A program made the position numbers and the translations under genes. Source: Paracoccaceae bacterium (lineage in GTDB: Bacteria > Pseudomonadota > Alphaproteobacteria > Rhodobacterales > Rhodobacteraceae). From it: a stretch of DNA of 64,000 nt. Below the pieces are notes generated by a model, which was not told the origin of the DNA, ran no database searches, and saw only the letters and a list, made by a program, of their open reading frames with translations. Below are positions 26,897-35,108 of the stretch, piece by piece. The first letter of the stretch is position 1. Every line of letters starts with the position of its first letter. The stretch is from NCBI GenBank assembly GCA_031398695.1, contig JANNNU010000127.1, positions 12,011 through 76,010 on the forward strand, written 5' to 3'.

Positions 26897-26947
26897 GGGG
26901 GGTTTCACACCCCCCTACCCCCGTGGGATATTTGCGAACAGATGATG
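26897..26947. repeat. intergenic repeat element, copy A (G6/C6 hairpin + CCCCGTGGGATATTTGCGAACAGATGA)
   Basis: Shares the core CCCCC-N-(T/C)ACCCCCG(T)GGGATATTTG(C/T)G with copies at 31772-31821 and 42441-42492. Begins 5 nt after the xsc stop codon. Confidence 0.7.
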
Positions 26948-26951
26948 CGGA

Positions 26952-28724
26952 TCAGGCCTGTTCGCGCATGTCAGCGGGGTTGATGCCGGCCACCGCCACC
27001 GGTTTCTTCATCGCGTCGCGGCGGAACGGCTCGCCGAGTTCCTGATTGATCAGCGCCTCAATCAGGGTGGTCTTGCCGTGATCCATCTGATCTGTGATCG
27101 CCTGGAGCAACGCGGCGGTGAGTTCGTCCTTCGTGCGGGCGACTACGCCTTGCAATCCGCAGGCGCGGGCGATGGCCGCGTACGACACGCCTTCATCCAG
27201 TTCGGTGCCGACGAAATTGTCGTCGTACCAAAGGGTCGAGTTGCGTTTTTCGGCACCCCACTGGTAGTTCCGAAACACCACTTGGGTGATCGCGGGCCAC
27301 TCGGGGCGGCCGATCGCGGTCAGTTCGGTCACCGCGATGCCGAAGGCCCCATCGCCGGAAAAGCCCACCACCGGCGTATCGGGGCAGCCGATTTTCGCAC
27401 CGACCACCGACGGCAAGCCGTAGCCGCAAGGCCCGAACAGGCCGGGGGCAAGGTATTTGCGGCCCTGCTCGAACGTCGGATAGGCGTTGCCGATGGCGCA
27501 GTTGTTGCCGATGTCGCTTGAGATGATCGCCTCGCGCGGCAAGGCGGCCTGAATCGCGCGCCACGCCATCCGGGGGCTCATCCAGTCAGGTTTCGCGGCG
27601 CGCGCGCGGCTGTTCCAGGTGGTGCCGGGGTCGTCGTTTTCGTGGTCCATCGAGGACAGCGCCTGCGCCCAGGCGGATTTCGTCTGCGCGATCAGGTGCT
27701 TGCGCGCCGTGCGGTCGAAGTCGCCGGCAGTGGGGGCGAGACGGGCCAGGATCGCCTCGGCCACCTTTTTCGCGTCACCGACGATGCCGATGGTGACCGT
27801 CTTGGTCAGCCCGATACGATCGGGGTTGATGTCGACCTGGATGATCCTTGCCGCCTTCGGCCAATAGTCGAGCCCGTAGCCCGGCAGGGTCGAAAACGGG
27901 TTCAGCCGGGTGCCGAGGGCGAGAACGACATCGGCCTTTGCGATCAGTTCCATCGCCGCCTTCGATCCGTTGTAGCCTAGCGGCCCGGCAAACAGCGGAT
28001 GCGAGCCCGGGAAGGCGTCGTTGTGCTGGTAACCGACGCAAACCGGGGCATCGAGACGCTCGGCGAGCGCCCGGCTGGCCGGGATGCCCCCGGCGAGAAC
28101 CACGCCCGCGCCGTTCAGGATGACCGGAAATTTCGCGCCGGACAGCAAGCTTGCCGCCTCGGCGATCGCGGCCTCTCCCCCCGCGGGGCGTTCGAAAGCG
28201 ACGATGGCGGGCAGGTCGATGTCGATCACCTGGGTCCAGTAATCGCGCGGCATGTTGATCTGCGCCGGGGCCGAGGCGCGCTTGGCCGCGAGGATGACGC
28301 GGTTCAGCACTTCGGCCACGCGCGACGGATCGCGGACCTCTTCCTGATATGCGACCATGTCGGCGAACAGCGCCATCTGCTCGACCTCCTGAAAGCCGCC
28401 CATCCCGATGGTCTTGTTGGCGGCCTGAGGGGTGACCAGCAGCAGCGGCGTGTGGTTCCAGTAGGCGGTCTTCACGGCGGTGACGAAGTTGGTGATGCCG
28501 GGGCCATTCTGCGCGATCATCATCGACATGCGCCCCGACGCGCGGGTGTAGCCGTCGGCCATCATCCCACCGGACCCTTCGTGCGCGCAGTCCCAGAAGG
28601 TGATGCCCGCGCGTGGAAACAGGTCCGAGATCGGCATGAAGGCAGAGCCGATGATCCCGAACGCATGGGCAATGCCATGCATCTGCAGGGTTTTCACGAA
28701 CGCTTCTTCGGTGGTCATCTTCAT
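26952..28724 (-). CDS. xsc: sulfoacetaldehyde acetyltransferase (ThDP-dependent)
   Basis: MKMTTEEAFVKTLQMHGIAHAFGIIGSAFMPISDLF... is a ThDP enzyme of about 590 aa with a GDGAF ThDP motif. The sequence matches my memory of Xsc, and it sits in taurine-gene context. Start at ATG 28724, with AAGGA 8 nt upstream. Confidence 0.85.
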   Translation of the reverse strand: MKMTTEEAFVKTLQMHGIAHAFGIIGSAFMPISDLFPRAGITFWDCAHEGSGGMMADGYTRASGRMSMMIAQNGPGITNFVTAVKTAYWNHTPLLLVTPQAANKTIGMGGFQEVEQMALFADMVAYQEEVRDPSRVAEVLNRVILAAKRASAPAQINMPRDYWTQVIDIDLPAIVAFERPAGGEAAIAEAASLLSGAKFPVILNGAGVVLAGGIPASRALAERLDAPVCVGYQHNDAFPGSHPLFAGPLGYNGSKAAMELIAKADVVLALGTRLNPFSTLPGYGLDYWPKAARIIQVDINPDRIGLTKTVTIGIVGDAKKVAEAILARLAPTAGDFDRTARKHLIAQTKSAWAQALSSMDHENDDPGTTWNSRARAAKPDWMSPRMAWRAIQAALPREAIISSDIGNNCAIGNAYPTFEQGRKYLAPGLFGPCGYGLPSVVGAKIGCPDTPVVGFSGDGAFGIAVTELTAIGRPEWPAITQVVFRNYQWGAEKRNSTLWYDDNFVGTELDEGVSYAAIARACGLQGVVARTKDELTAALLQAITDQMDHGKTTLIEALINQELGEPFRRDAMKKPVAVAGINPADMREQA

Positions 28725-28775
28725 GTCGGGCATCCTTGGGTTCGGCGGCAGTCTAGGGCTGCCTTGGGTCGGTCG

Positions 28776-28808
28776 ATAGGGCCAGAGGGTTCAGGCGGTT
28801 AAGTCCAG
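28776..28808 (-). promoter_or_regulatory. candidate TauR operator upstream of xsc: direct repeats CTGGACTTAA-N13-CTGGCCCTAT
   Basis: Minus-strand repeats at 28808-28799 and 28785-28776. The proximal repeat ends 52 nt before the xsc ATG. Architecture and distance are identical to those upstream of tpa. Confidence 0.5.
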
Positions 28809-30248
28809 CGCCCGGCCGATCCGCGCGATGCCTTCGGGTATCTTGGCGGGCGGGATCGACGAATAGGCGAGGCGATAAAAATTGTTTGGTCCCGTCGCAC
28901 CATAGAAGGGGCGTCCTGGCTCTATCAACACCCCCTGGCTGCGCAAGGTGGCGGCCAACGCGACGGTCCCTGTGCCCTTTGGCGCCTCCATCCAGAAACT
29001 GGACCCCCCGAAGGCGCCGCGTCCGGCGACCGTCAGGCGCGCGTCGGCGATCGCCTCTTCCATCACCAGCCGACGGCGTCGGTAGGCGGCCTGCATACGG
29101 GTGATCAGCGTGTCGTAATGGCCCAGCGACAGGAAGTAGGCGGTGGTGCGCTGAATGTGGCCGGGGGGGTGGCGCAGCACGGCGGTGCGCAAGGCGCGGG
29201 CCAGACGAATGAAACTGGCAGGGCCCACGAGATAGCCGAGCCGCAGGCCGGGAAACAGCGATTTGGAAAACGACCCGGCGTGGATCACCCGGCCTTCGGT
29301 ATCGAGCGACTTGAGCGAGGGGGAGACCGATTTCAGAAACGACATCTCGAACTCGTAATCGTCTTCCACGATCACGAAATCACCGTCCGACGCGGCCTTG
29401 AGAAACGCCATGCGCCGGTCGAGCGGCATCGTCGCGTTCGTCGGGCAGTGGTGGCTGGCGGTGGTGAAGACGACATCGGTGGGCGGCAGCGCATCCGGCG
29501 GCAGGCCGTGGGCATCGACATCGACGGGGATCACGTGCGCCTCCGTCAGGCCAAGGACTTGCCTAAGCCCAGGATAACACGGGTTTTCCACCACCGCGCG
29601 GCGGCCCGGCGGCAGCAGGACCTGTGCCGCCAGCCAAAGGCCATTCTGCGCCCCCAGCGTCAGCAGAACCTGATCGGGCTGTGCCTCGATCCCGCGGCGG
29701 GGCAACAGGGTGCGGATCAGGGTTTCGATCAACAACGGGTCGTCGGCGTCGATGTAATCCGACGTCATCGCCGGAAAGTCGCGCTTGCCGAGTGCGCGCA
29801 GCGCGCAGGCCCGCCAGTTCTGGTGATCGAACAGCGACGCATCCGGCTGGCCGTAGATGAACAGATAGGGATAGTCGCGCCAATCTGCCGGCTTGGCGAC
29901 CGGCCCCAGCGTGTCGAATCGACCAGACGCCAAGGCCGCATAGTCGACCGCTTCGCGCGGGGGCGGGCTGCGGGCGAAGTGCGGTGGGCGCGGCGCGGTT
30001 TGCGAGACGAAGAACCCGGACCGGCCCCGCGGCGTCAGATAATCCGAACTGACGAGATCGGCATAGGCCAGTGTGACCGTGATGCGGCTGACCCCAAGAT
30101 GCGCGGCCAGCCCGCGAGACGACGGCATCTTGTCGCCGGGACGAAACCGGCCCGTCAGGATACCGTCAGCGACCATCTGGCGAATGCGCTGCTGCAGGGT
30201 GCCTGCTGTCGCAGGAGCCAAAAAGAACGTCTCGACCGGGATCAACAT
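28791..30248 (-). CDS. tauR: MocR-type GntR regulator with PLP aminotransferase-like domain (TauR-like)
   Basis: N-terminal GntR winged HTH (LPSSRGLAAHLGVSRITVTLAYADL) plus a fold-type I aminotransferase domain. Located between tpa and xsc. Confidence 0.8.
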   Translation of the reverse strand: MLIPVETFFLAPATAGTLQQRIRQMVADGILTGRFRPGDKMPSSRGLAAHLGVSRITVTLAYADLVSSDYLTPRGRSGFFVSQTAPRPPHFARSPPPREAVDYAALASGRFDTLGPVAKPADWRDYPYLFIYGQPDASLFDHQNWRACALRALGKRDFPAMTSDYIDADDPLLIETLIRTLLPRRGIEAQPDQVLLTLGAQNGLWLAAQVLLPPGRRAVVENPCYPGLRQVLGLTEAHVIPVDVDAHGLPPDALPPTDVVFTTASHHCPTNATMPLDRRMAFLKAASDGDFVIVEDDYEFEMSFLKSVSPSLKSLDTEGRVIHAGSFSKSLFPGLRLGYLVGPASFIRLARALRTAVLRHPPGHIQRTTAYFLSLGHYDTLITRMQAAYRRRRLVMEEAIADARLTVAGRGAFGGSSFWMEAPKGTGTVALAATLRSQGVLIEPGRPFYGATGPNNFYRLAYSSIPPAKIPEGIARIGRALDLTA

Positions 30249-30306
30249 GTGGACCTATTGCGCGACGAACTGGCCCTATTGGGCCAGCTGGCACGCAACA
30301 AGTCAA

Positions 30307-31686
30307 TCAGCCGAAAACGCGGGTCAGCGCCCCGTCGATGGCGTGGGTGATCGCATCGATGTCGTCCGGCGTGGCGATAAGGGCGGGCGACAGGCACAGC
30401 GTGTTGTTGAAGCCGGGGATCGAGCGGTTCGTGGCGCCGATGATCACCGCCTGCGCCATGCAGTCCGCGACGACGGCCTGCACCTTCTTTTCGTCCGCCG
30501 GTTCCTTGGTGATGCGGTCGGCGACCAGTTCGGCACCGCAGAACAGGCCCTTGCCGCGCACGTCGCCGATGACTTTGTGCTTGTCGGCCAGTGCCAGCAG
30601 GTTGTCGATCAACCGTGCCCCCATGGCGGTGGTGTTGTCGAGCAGACCTTCGTCCTCGATGATCCGCATGTTTTCGATCGCCGCGGCCGGACCCGCGGTG
30701 CAGCCGCCGAAGGTCGAGATGTCGCGAAAATATCCCAGGGGATCGGCGGCATCGTCCTTGAACATATCGAAGATCGCCTCGGTCGTGACGGTGCAGGCGA
30801 TGGCGGCATAGCCCGAGGCGACGCCCTTGGCCATGGTCACGAAATCGGGCTGGATGCCGTAGTGCTGATACCCGAACCAGGTGCCGGTGCGTCCGACGCC
30901 GCAAACGACCTCGTCGATATGCAGCAAAACATTGTATTTGCGACATATTTCCTGCACGCGGGGCCAGTAGCCTTCGGGCGGCACGATGACGCCGCCGCCT
31001 GCAGTCACCGGTTCCAGCACGATCGCGCCCACGGTGTCCGGGCCCTCGCGCAGGATCACCTCTTCGATCGCATCCGCCGCACGGCGGCCGTAGTCGGCCA
31101 CATCCCACTGCGCGCGGTATTCCAGACAGTGCGGCACCTCGACGAAGCCGGGGGTGAATGGGCCGTATTGCAGCGCGCGTTGCGGCTGGCCTGCCGAGGA
31201 CAGGGCTGTGATCGTCGTGCCGTGGTAGTCGCGTTCGCGGTAAAGGATCTTGTGCTTGCGCCCGCCATGATGCCGCGCCGCGATCTGGCGAACCATCTTG
31301 TAGACCTTTTCGTTCGCCTCGGACCCCGAGTTGGAATAGTAGACCCGCGACAGGCCTGGCATCTTTTCGATCAGCCGCTCGGCAAAGATCGCGGCCGGTA
31401 TCGAACCGGCGGACCCCGCGAAATAGTTCATCCGGACCAGCTGGTCGTAGACGGCCTTGGCGATGGACTCGCGCCCATAGCCCACGTTGACCGTCCACAC
31501 CCCGCCCGACACCGCGTCGATATGCTCGCGCCCCTTGGCATCCCAGACGCGCAGGCCCTTGCCCTCGACGATGATGCGGGGGTCGATGGTTTCGTACTGC
31601 TTGTGCTGGCTGAGATGGTGCCAGATGTGGGCACGGTCGGCGGCGATGATGTGCGAAATGTCGTTCGGGGGGGTCTGGTCGTTCAT
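30307..31686 (-). CDS. tpa: class III (omega) aminotransferase, probable taurine--pyruvate aminotransferase
   Basis: MNDQTPPNDISHIIAADRAHIWHH...SGSEANE...DEVVCGVGRTG are class III aminotransferase motifs. Gene order is tpa-tauR-xsc. Start at ATG 31686, with GGAG upstream. Confidence 0.75.
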   Translation of the reverse strand: MNDQTPPNDISHIIAADRAHIWHHLSQHKQYETIDPRIIVEGKGLRVWDAKGREHIDAVSGGVWTVNVGYGRESIAKAVYDQLVRMNYFAGSAGSIPAAIFAERLIEKMPGLSRVYYSNSGSEANEKVYKMVRQIAARHHGGRKHKILYRERDYHGTTITALSSAGQPQRALQYGPFTPGFVEVPHCLEYRAQWDVADYGRRAADAIEEVILREGPDTVGAIVLEPVTAGGGVIVPPEGYWPRVQEICRKYNVLLHIDEVVCGVGRTGTWFGYQHYGIQPDFVTMAKGVASGYAAIACTVTTEAIFDMFKDDAADPLGYFRDISTFGGCTAGPAAAIENMRIIEDEGLLDNTTAMGARLIDNLLALADKHKVIGDVRGKGLFCGAELVADRITKEPADEKKVQAVVADCMAQAVIIGATNRSIPGFNNTLCLSPALIATPDDIDAITHAIDGALTRVFG

Positions 31687-31737
31687 CGGGCGCTCCGGGA
31701 GATTTTGACGCAGTGTCGGGCAGGAGCGTGGGGGCGC

Positions 31738-31770
31738 GTAGGGCCAGACGGTTTTCAGCGGTAGTGCCAG
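31738..31770 (-). promoter_or_regulatory. candidate TauR operator upstream of tpa: direct repeats CTGGCACTAC-N13-CTGGCCCTAC
   Basis: Minus-strand repeats at 31770-31761 and 31747-31738. The proximal repeat ends 52 nt before the tpa ATG. Confidence 0.5.
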
Positions 31771-31771
31771 A

Positions 31772-31821
31772 GCGGGGGCCAGCCCCCGCACCCCCGGGAT
31801 ATTTGTGAACAGATGAAGGGG
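31772..31821. repeat. intergenic repeat element, copy B
   Basis: GCGGGGGCCAGCCCCCGCACCCCCGGGATATTTGTGAACAGATGAAGGGG. Abuts the stop codon (31822-31824) of the minus-strand ABC ATPase gene. Confidence 0.7.
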
Positions 31822-32883
31822 CTAGCAAATGCGCAGGCCCGTATCGCCGGCGAAGGCGAGGACGTGGGCGGGGTCGAAGGTGACGCCGACCATTGTGCCG
31901 TGGTCGATCACCACGTCGTCATGCGCCTCGACCACCAGCTTTTCGCCGGTGGGGGCGGAGAGGTGGATGAAAGAGGTGCCACCGAGGGCTTCGGTCATTT
32001 CGACCTTGTGGGTGCTGGCGACGCGGTCGATGCTCAGGTGCTGGGGGCGCAGGCCGAGGGTGACGGACGCCCCCGCGCCGGGCAGGGCGACGTCGAGCGC
32101 GACCATCGTGGCGAGGCCGGGGCATCTGGTTTGGCCGGGGGCGGTGACGGTGGCCGCGACGAAGTTCATCGCAGGGCTGCCGATGAAGCCCGCCACAAAG
32201 CGGTTGTCGGGGTCGCGGTAAAGGTCGAGCGGGCGGCCAACCTGTTCGACCCGGCCCGCGCGCAGAACCACGATCTTGTCGGCCAGCGTCATCGCCTCGA
32301 CCTGGTCGTGAGTGACGTAGATCATCGTCGCCCCGATTTCACGGTGCAGGCGCGAGATTTCGACGCGCATCTCGACCCGCAACTCGGCATCGAGGTTCGA
32401 CAGCGGCTCGTCGAACAGAAAGACTTCGGGGCCGCGCACGATGGCGCGCCCGATCGCCACGCGCTGGCGCTGTCCGCCGGACAGCGCCTTGGGCTTGCGC
32501 GAAAGGTAGTCGTCGAGCTTCAGGATACGGCTGGCTTCCTTGACCTTGGACGCGATTTCCTTGGCCGGATGGCCGGTCATCTTGAGCCCGAAGCCCATGT
32601 TTTCGGCCACGGTCATGTGGGGGTACAGCGCGTAGGTCTGGAAGACCATCGCCACGCCACGTTCGGACGGGTCGGCTTTTGTCACGTCACGCGCGCCAAT
32701 GCGGATGGCGCCGCCGGTCGTTTCCTCGAGCCCGGCCACCATCCGCAACAGAGTGGATTTACCGCAGCCGGACGGGCCGACGAACACGCAGAATTCGCCG
32801 TCCTCGATGGTCAGGTCGACGCCGTGGATCACCTGCGCATCGCCGTATTTCTTTATGACCTTGTTCAGGGTTACTCCGGACAT
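31822..32883 (-). CDS. sugar ABC transporter ATP-binding protein (MalK/UgpC family)
   Basis: Walker [10 protein letters not shown], signature LSGGQRQR, Walker [10 protein letters not shown] and a C-terminal TOBE-like domain. Confidence 0.9.
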   Translation of the reverse strand: MSGVTLNKVIKKYGDAQVIHGVDLTIEDGEFCVFVGPSGCGKSTLLRMVAGLEETTGGAIRIGARDVTKADPSERGVAMVFQTYALYPHMTVAENMGFGLKMTGHPAKEIASKVKEASRILKLDDYLSRKPKALSGGQRQRVAIGRAIVRGPEVFLFDEPLSNLDAELRVEMRVEISRLHREIGATMIYVTHDQVEAMTLADKIVVLRAGRVEQVGRPLDLYRDPDNRFVAGFIGSPAMNFVAATVTAPGQTRCPGLATMVALDVALPGAGASVTLGLRPQHLSIDRVASTHKVEMTEALGGTSFIHLSAPTGEKLVVEAHDDVVIDHGTMVGVTFDPAHVLAFAGDTGLRIC

Positions 32884-32893
32884 GTTTCCCTCC

Positions 32894-33682
32894 CTATCCG
32901 TTCTGTTCGGGAAAGCGCCAGCTTTCCGCTTCGGCGGCGATTTTGCCTGCCGTGTGTTTGATCTGGTCTGCGTGCGATTCCAGTGCGGTCAACGTCGTGC
33001 GCTGCGTGGTCGACGTCAGCGAGATCGCGCCCATCACCCGGCCGGCCCGCGTCAGGATCGGTACGGCGACGCAGATGATGCCGGGTTCGTGTTCTTCCCG
33101 GTCAAAGGCATGGCCGCGTGCCCGGATCGCCTGCAATTCGGTCATCAGGGCGGCGGGGGTGGCATAGGTGTGGGGCGTGAAGCGGTGGAACGACTGGCGG
33201 GCCAGCACCGTGTTCAGCGCGTCATCCGGCAGATGGGCCAGCATCGCCTTTCCGACGCCGGTGCAATAGGCCGGGCCGACTTTGCCCGCGCTGGAAAACA
33301 TCTCGACCGGCTTGGCGGCGTTGCGTTTGTCGACATACAGCACCTGCCCCATGTCCATCTGCGCAAGGTGGATGGTTTCTCCGGTTTCCCGTGCCAATTC
33401 ATCCAGATAGGGCCGCGCGAGCGGTGCAAGCGATGACTGTTGCCAGGCGGCATGGGCCAGCCGAACCAGCCGCACCCCCAGCGCATAGGTACCCCTGTCT
33501 GGGTCCAGCGTCAGCATGCCCTGATTGGTCAGCGTCTGCAAAAACCGGTAAAGCGTTGCCTTGGGATAGGCACTGTGGACCAACAAATCGCTGAACCGCA
33601 CCGGTTTGCCCGCGCCTGCGACCATGTCCAGCACATCCAGCGCCTTGCCGACGGTGCCGTCCTGATTGCCCTCTGCGCCCAT
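32894..33682 (-). CDS. IclR family transcriptional regulator
   Basis: N-terminal wHTH (ALDVLDMVAGAGKPVRFSDLLVHSAYPKATLYRFLQTL) plus an IclR effector domain. Confidence 0.85.
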   Translation of the reverse strand: MGAEGNQDGTVGKALDVLDMVAGAGKPVRFSDLLVHSAYPKATLYRFLQTLTNQGMLTLDPDRGTYALGVRLVRLAHAAWQQSSLAPLARPYLDELARETGETIHLAQMDMGQVLYVDKRNAAKPVEMFSSAGKVGPAYCTGVGKAMLAHLPDDALNTVLARQSFHRFTPHTYATPAALMTELQAIRARGHAFDREEHEPGIICVAVPILTRAGRVMGAISLTSTTQRTTLTALESHADQIKHTAGKIAAEAESWRFPEQNG

Positions 33683-33737
33683 CTGCGGCCCCCAATGCGA
33701 CTCGGTTGACAGGTGAAAGGATACGCCGCATAGTTTT

Positions 33738-33766
33738 CATTATTCAAGACTAAGTTTCAAATAATG
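33738..33766. promoter_or_regulatory. candidate IclR operator: CATTATT-N15-AATAATG
   Basis: 7-bp inverted arms at 33738-33744 and 33760-33766, in the AT-rich divergent region between iclR and the binding-protein gene. Confidence 0.3.
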
Positions 33767-33786
33767 GAACCATCAGGGAGGAAACC

Positions 33787-35022
33787 ATGGTCCATCTGAC
33801 GAAGGGCGCGCTGGCGTTCACCGCTGCGCTGCTGATGAGCACGTCTGCCTTCGCGCAGGCCCGCGAGTTGAAATACTATGCCGACTACGACCCGATTCCG
33901 CTCGCGGCGATGGAGGCGTTGATCGCGGATTTCGAGGCGGCGAACCCGGATGTCGACGTGGTGCTGCAGAATTTCGACCATGAAGGCTACAAGACCGCGA
34001 TCCGCAACTTTCTGACCGCGGACAGCCCGGATCTGGCCAACTGGTACGCCGGCAACCGGACGGCCCCCTTCGTGGAGGCGGGCCAGTTCATGGACGTGTC
34101 CGACGTGTGGGAAGCCAACGGGCTGAGCGATGCGCTCGCCTCGGCCAAGGCGTCGATGACGATCGACGGCAAGCAGTGGGGCGTGCCCTACACCTATTAC
34201 CAGTGGGGCATCTACTATAACCGCGACGTCTACGCCGCGGCGGGTGTGGAAGTGCCGACGACATGGGCAGAGTTCGTCGCCAATTGCGAAAAGTTCAAGG
34301 CGGCGGGCATCGACTGCGTGACCACCGGCACCTCGGCGCTGTGGCCGGCTGCGGGGATTTTCGACTACATCAACCTGCGCACCAACGGCTACGAGTTCCA
34401 CATGGACCTGACCGCCGGCAAGGTCGCTTGGACCGATGACCGCGTGAAGGCGACCTTTGCCGAATGGGCCAAGATCGTGCCCTACACCACCGCCAACCAT
34501 GCTGCGATCGACTGGCAGGATGCAGCGGCCTTGCTGGTGCAAGGCAAGGCAGCCAACTATGTGATGGGCAACTTTGCGGTTGGCACCTTCAAGGAAGGCG
34601 GGATGACCAACGACAACCTCGGCTTCATGGTGTTCCCGGAAATCACCCCCGGCATCCCGCGCGCCGAAGAAGCTCCGACCGATACCATCCACATCACGGC
34701 GGGCGCCACGAACGTCGAGGATGCCAAGAAGTTCCTCGCCTACGTCGCGAGTGCCGAAGCGCAGACCAAGTGGAACGCGGCGCAGGGCCAGTTGCCGGTG
34801 AACAAGAACGCGACGGTGGCGGCGGATGATCCGTTCCTGGTGGCCGGGTTCGAAGCGCTGTCGACGGCCGAAGGCGGGATCGCGCAGTTCTTTGACCGCG
34901 ACGCCCCGGCCGAAATGGCCAAGGCCGGGATGGAAGGGTTCCAGGAGTTCATGGTGAAGCCGGACCGTCTGGATGCCATTCTCGAGCGGCTCGAGAAGGT
35001 GCGCGGACAGGCTTACGATTGA
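33787..35022 (+). CDS. sugar ABC transporter periplasmic substrate-binding protein (SBP family 1)
   Basis: 411 aa with a signal peptide (MVHLTKGALAFTAALLMSTSAFA). GGGAGG lies upstream. Followed by two permease genes. Confidence 0.85.
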   Translation: MVHLTKGALAFTAALLMSTSAFAQARELKYYADYDPIPLAAMEALIADFEAANPDVDVVLQNFDHEGYKTAIRNFLTADSPDLANWYAGNRTAPFVEAGQFMDVSDVWEANGLSDALASAKASMTIDGKQWGVPYTYYQWGIYYNRDVYAAAGVEVPTTWAEFVANCEKFKAAGIDCVTTGTSALWPAAGIFDYINLRTNGYEFHMDLTAGKVAWTDDRVKATFAEWAKIVPYTTANHAAIDWQDAAALLVQGKAANYVMGNFAVGTFKEGGMTNDNLGFMVFPEITPGIPRAEEAPTDTIHITAGATNVEDAKKFLAYVASAEAQTKWNAAQGQLPVNKNATVAADDPFLVAGFEALSTAEGGIAQFFDRDAPAEMAKAGMEGFQEFMVKPDRLDAILERLEKVRGQAYD

Positions 35023-35031
35023 CGAACGGCT

Positions 35032-35094
35032 CCGGCGGACCTCCCCCGCCGGTCCTTCGGCCCCGGTTGCTGCGGCGACCGGGGCCATCTTTGC
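35032..35094 (+). terminator. two tandem hairpins after the binding-protein gene (intra-operon attenuator candidate)
   Basis: CCGGCGG/CCGCCGG (35032-35038/35046-35052) and GGCCCCGGT/ACCGGGGCC (35059-35067/35078-35086), followed by ATCTTTGC. Confidence 0.35.
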
Positions 35095-35108
35095 AAACGA
35101 GGTGCACG

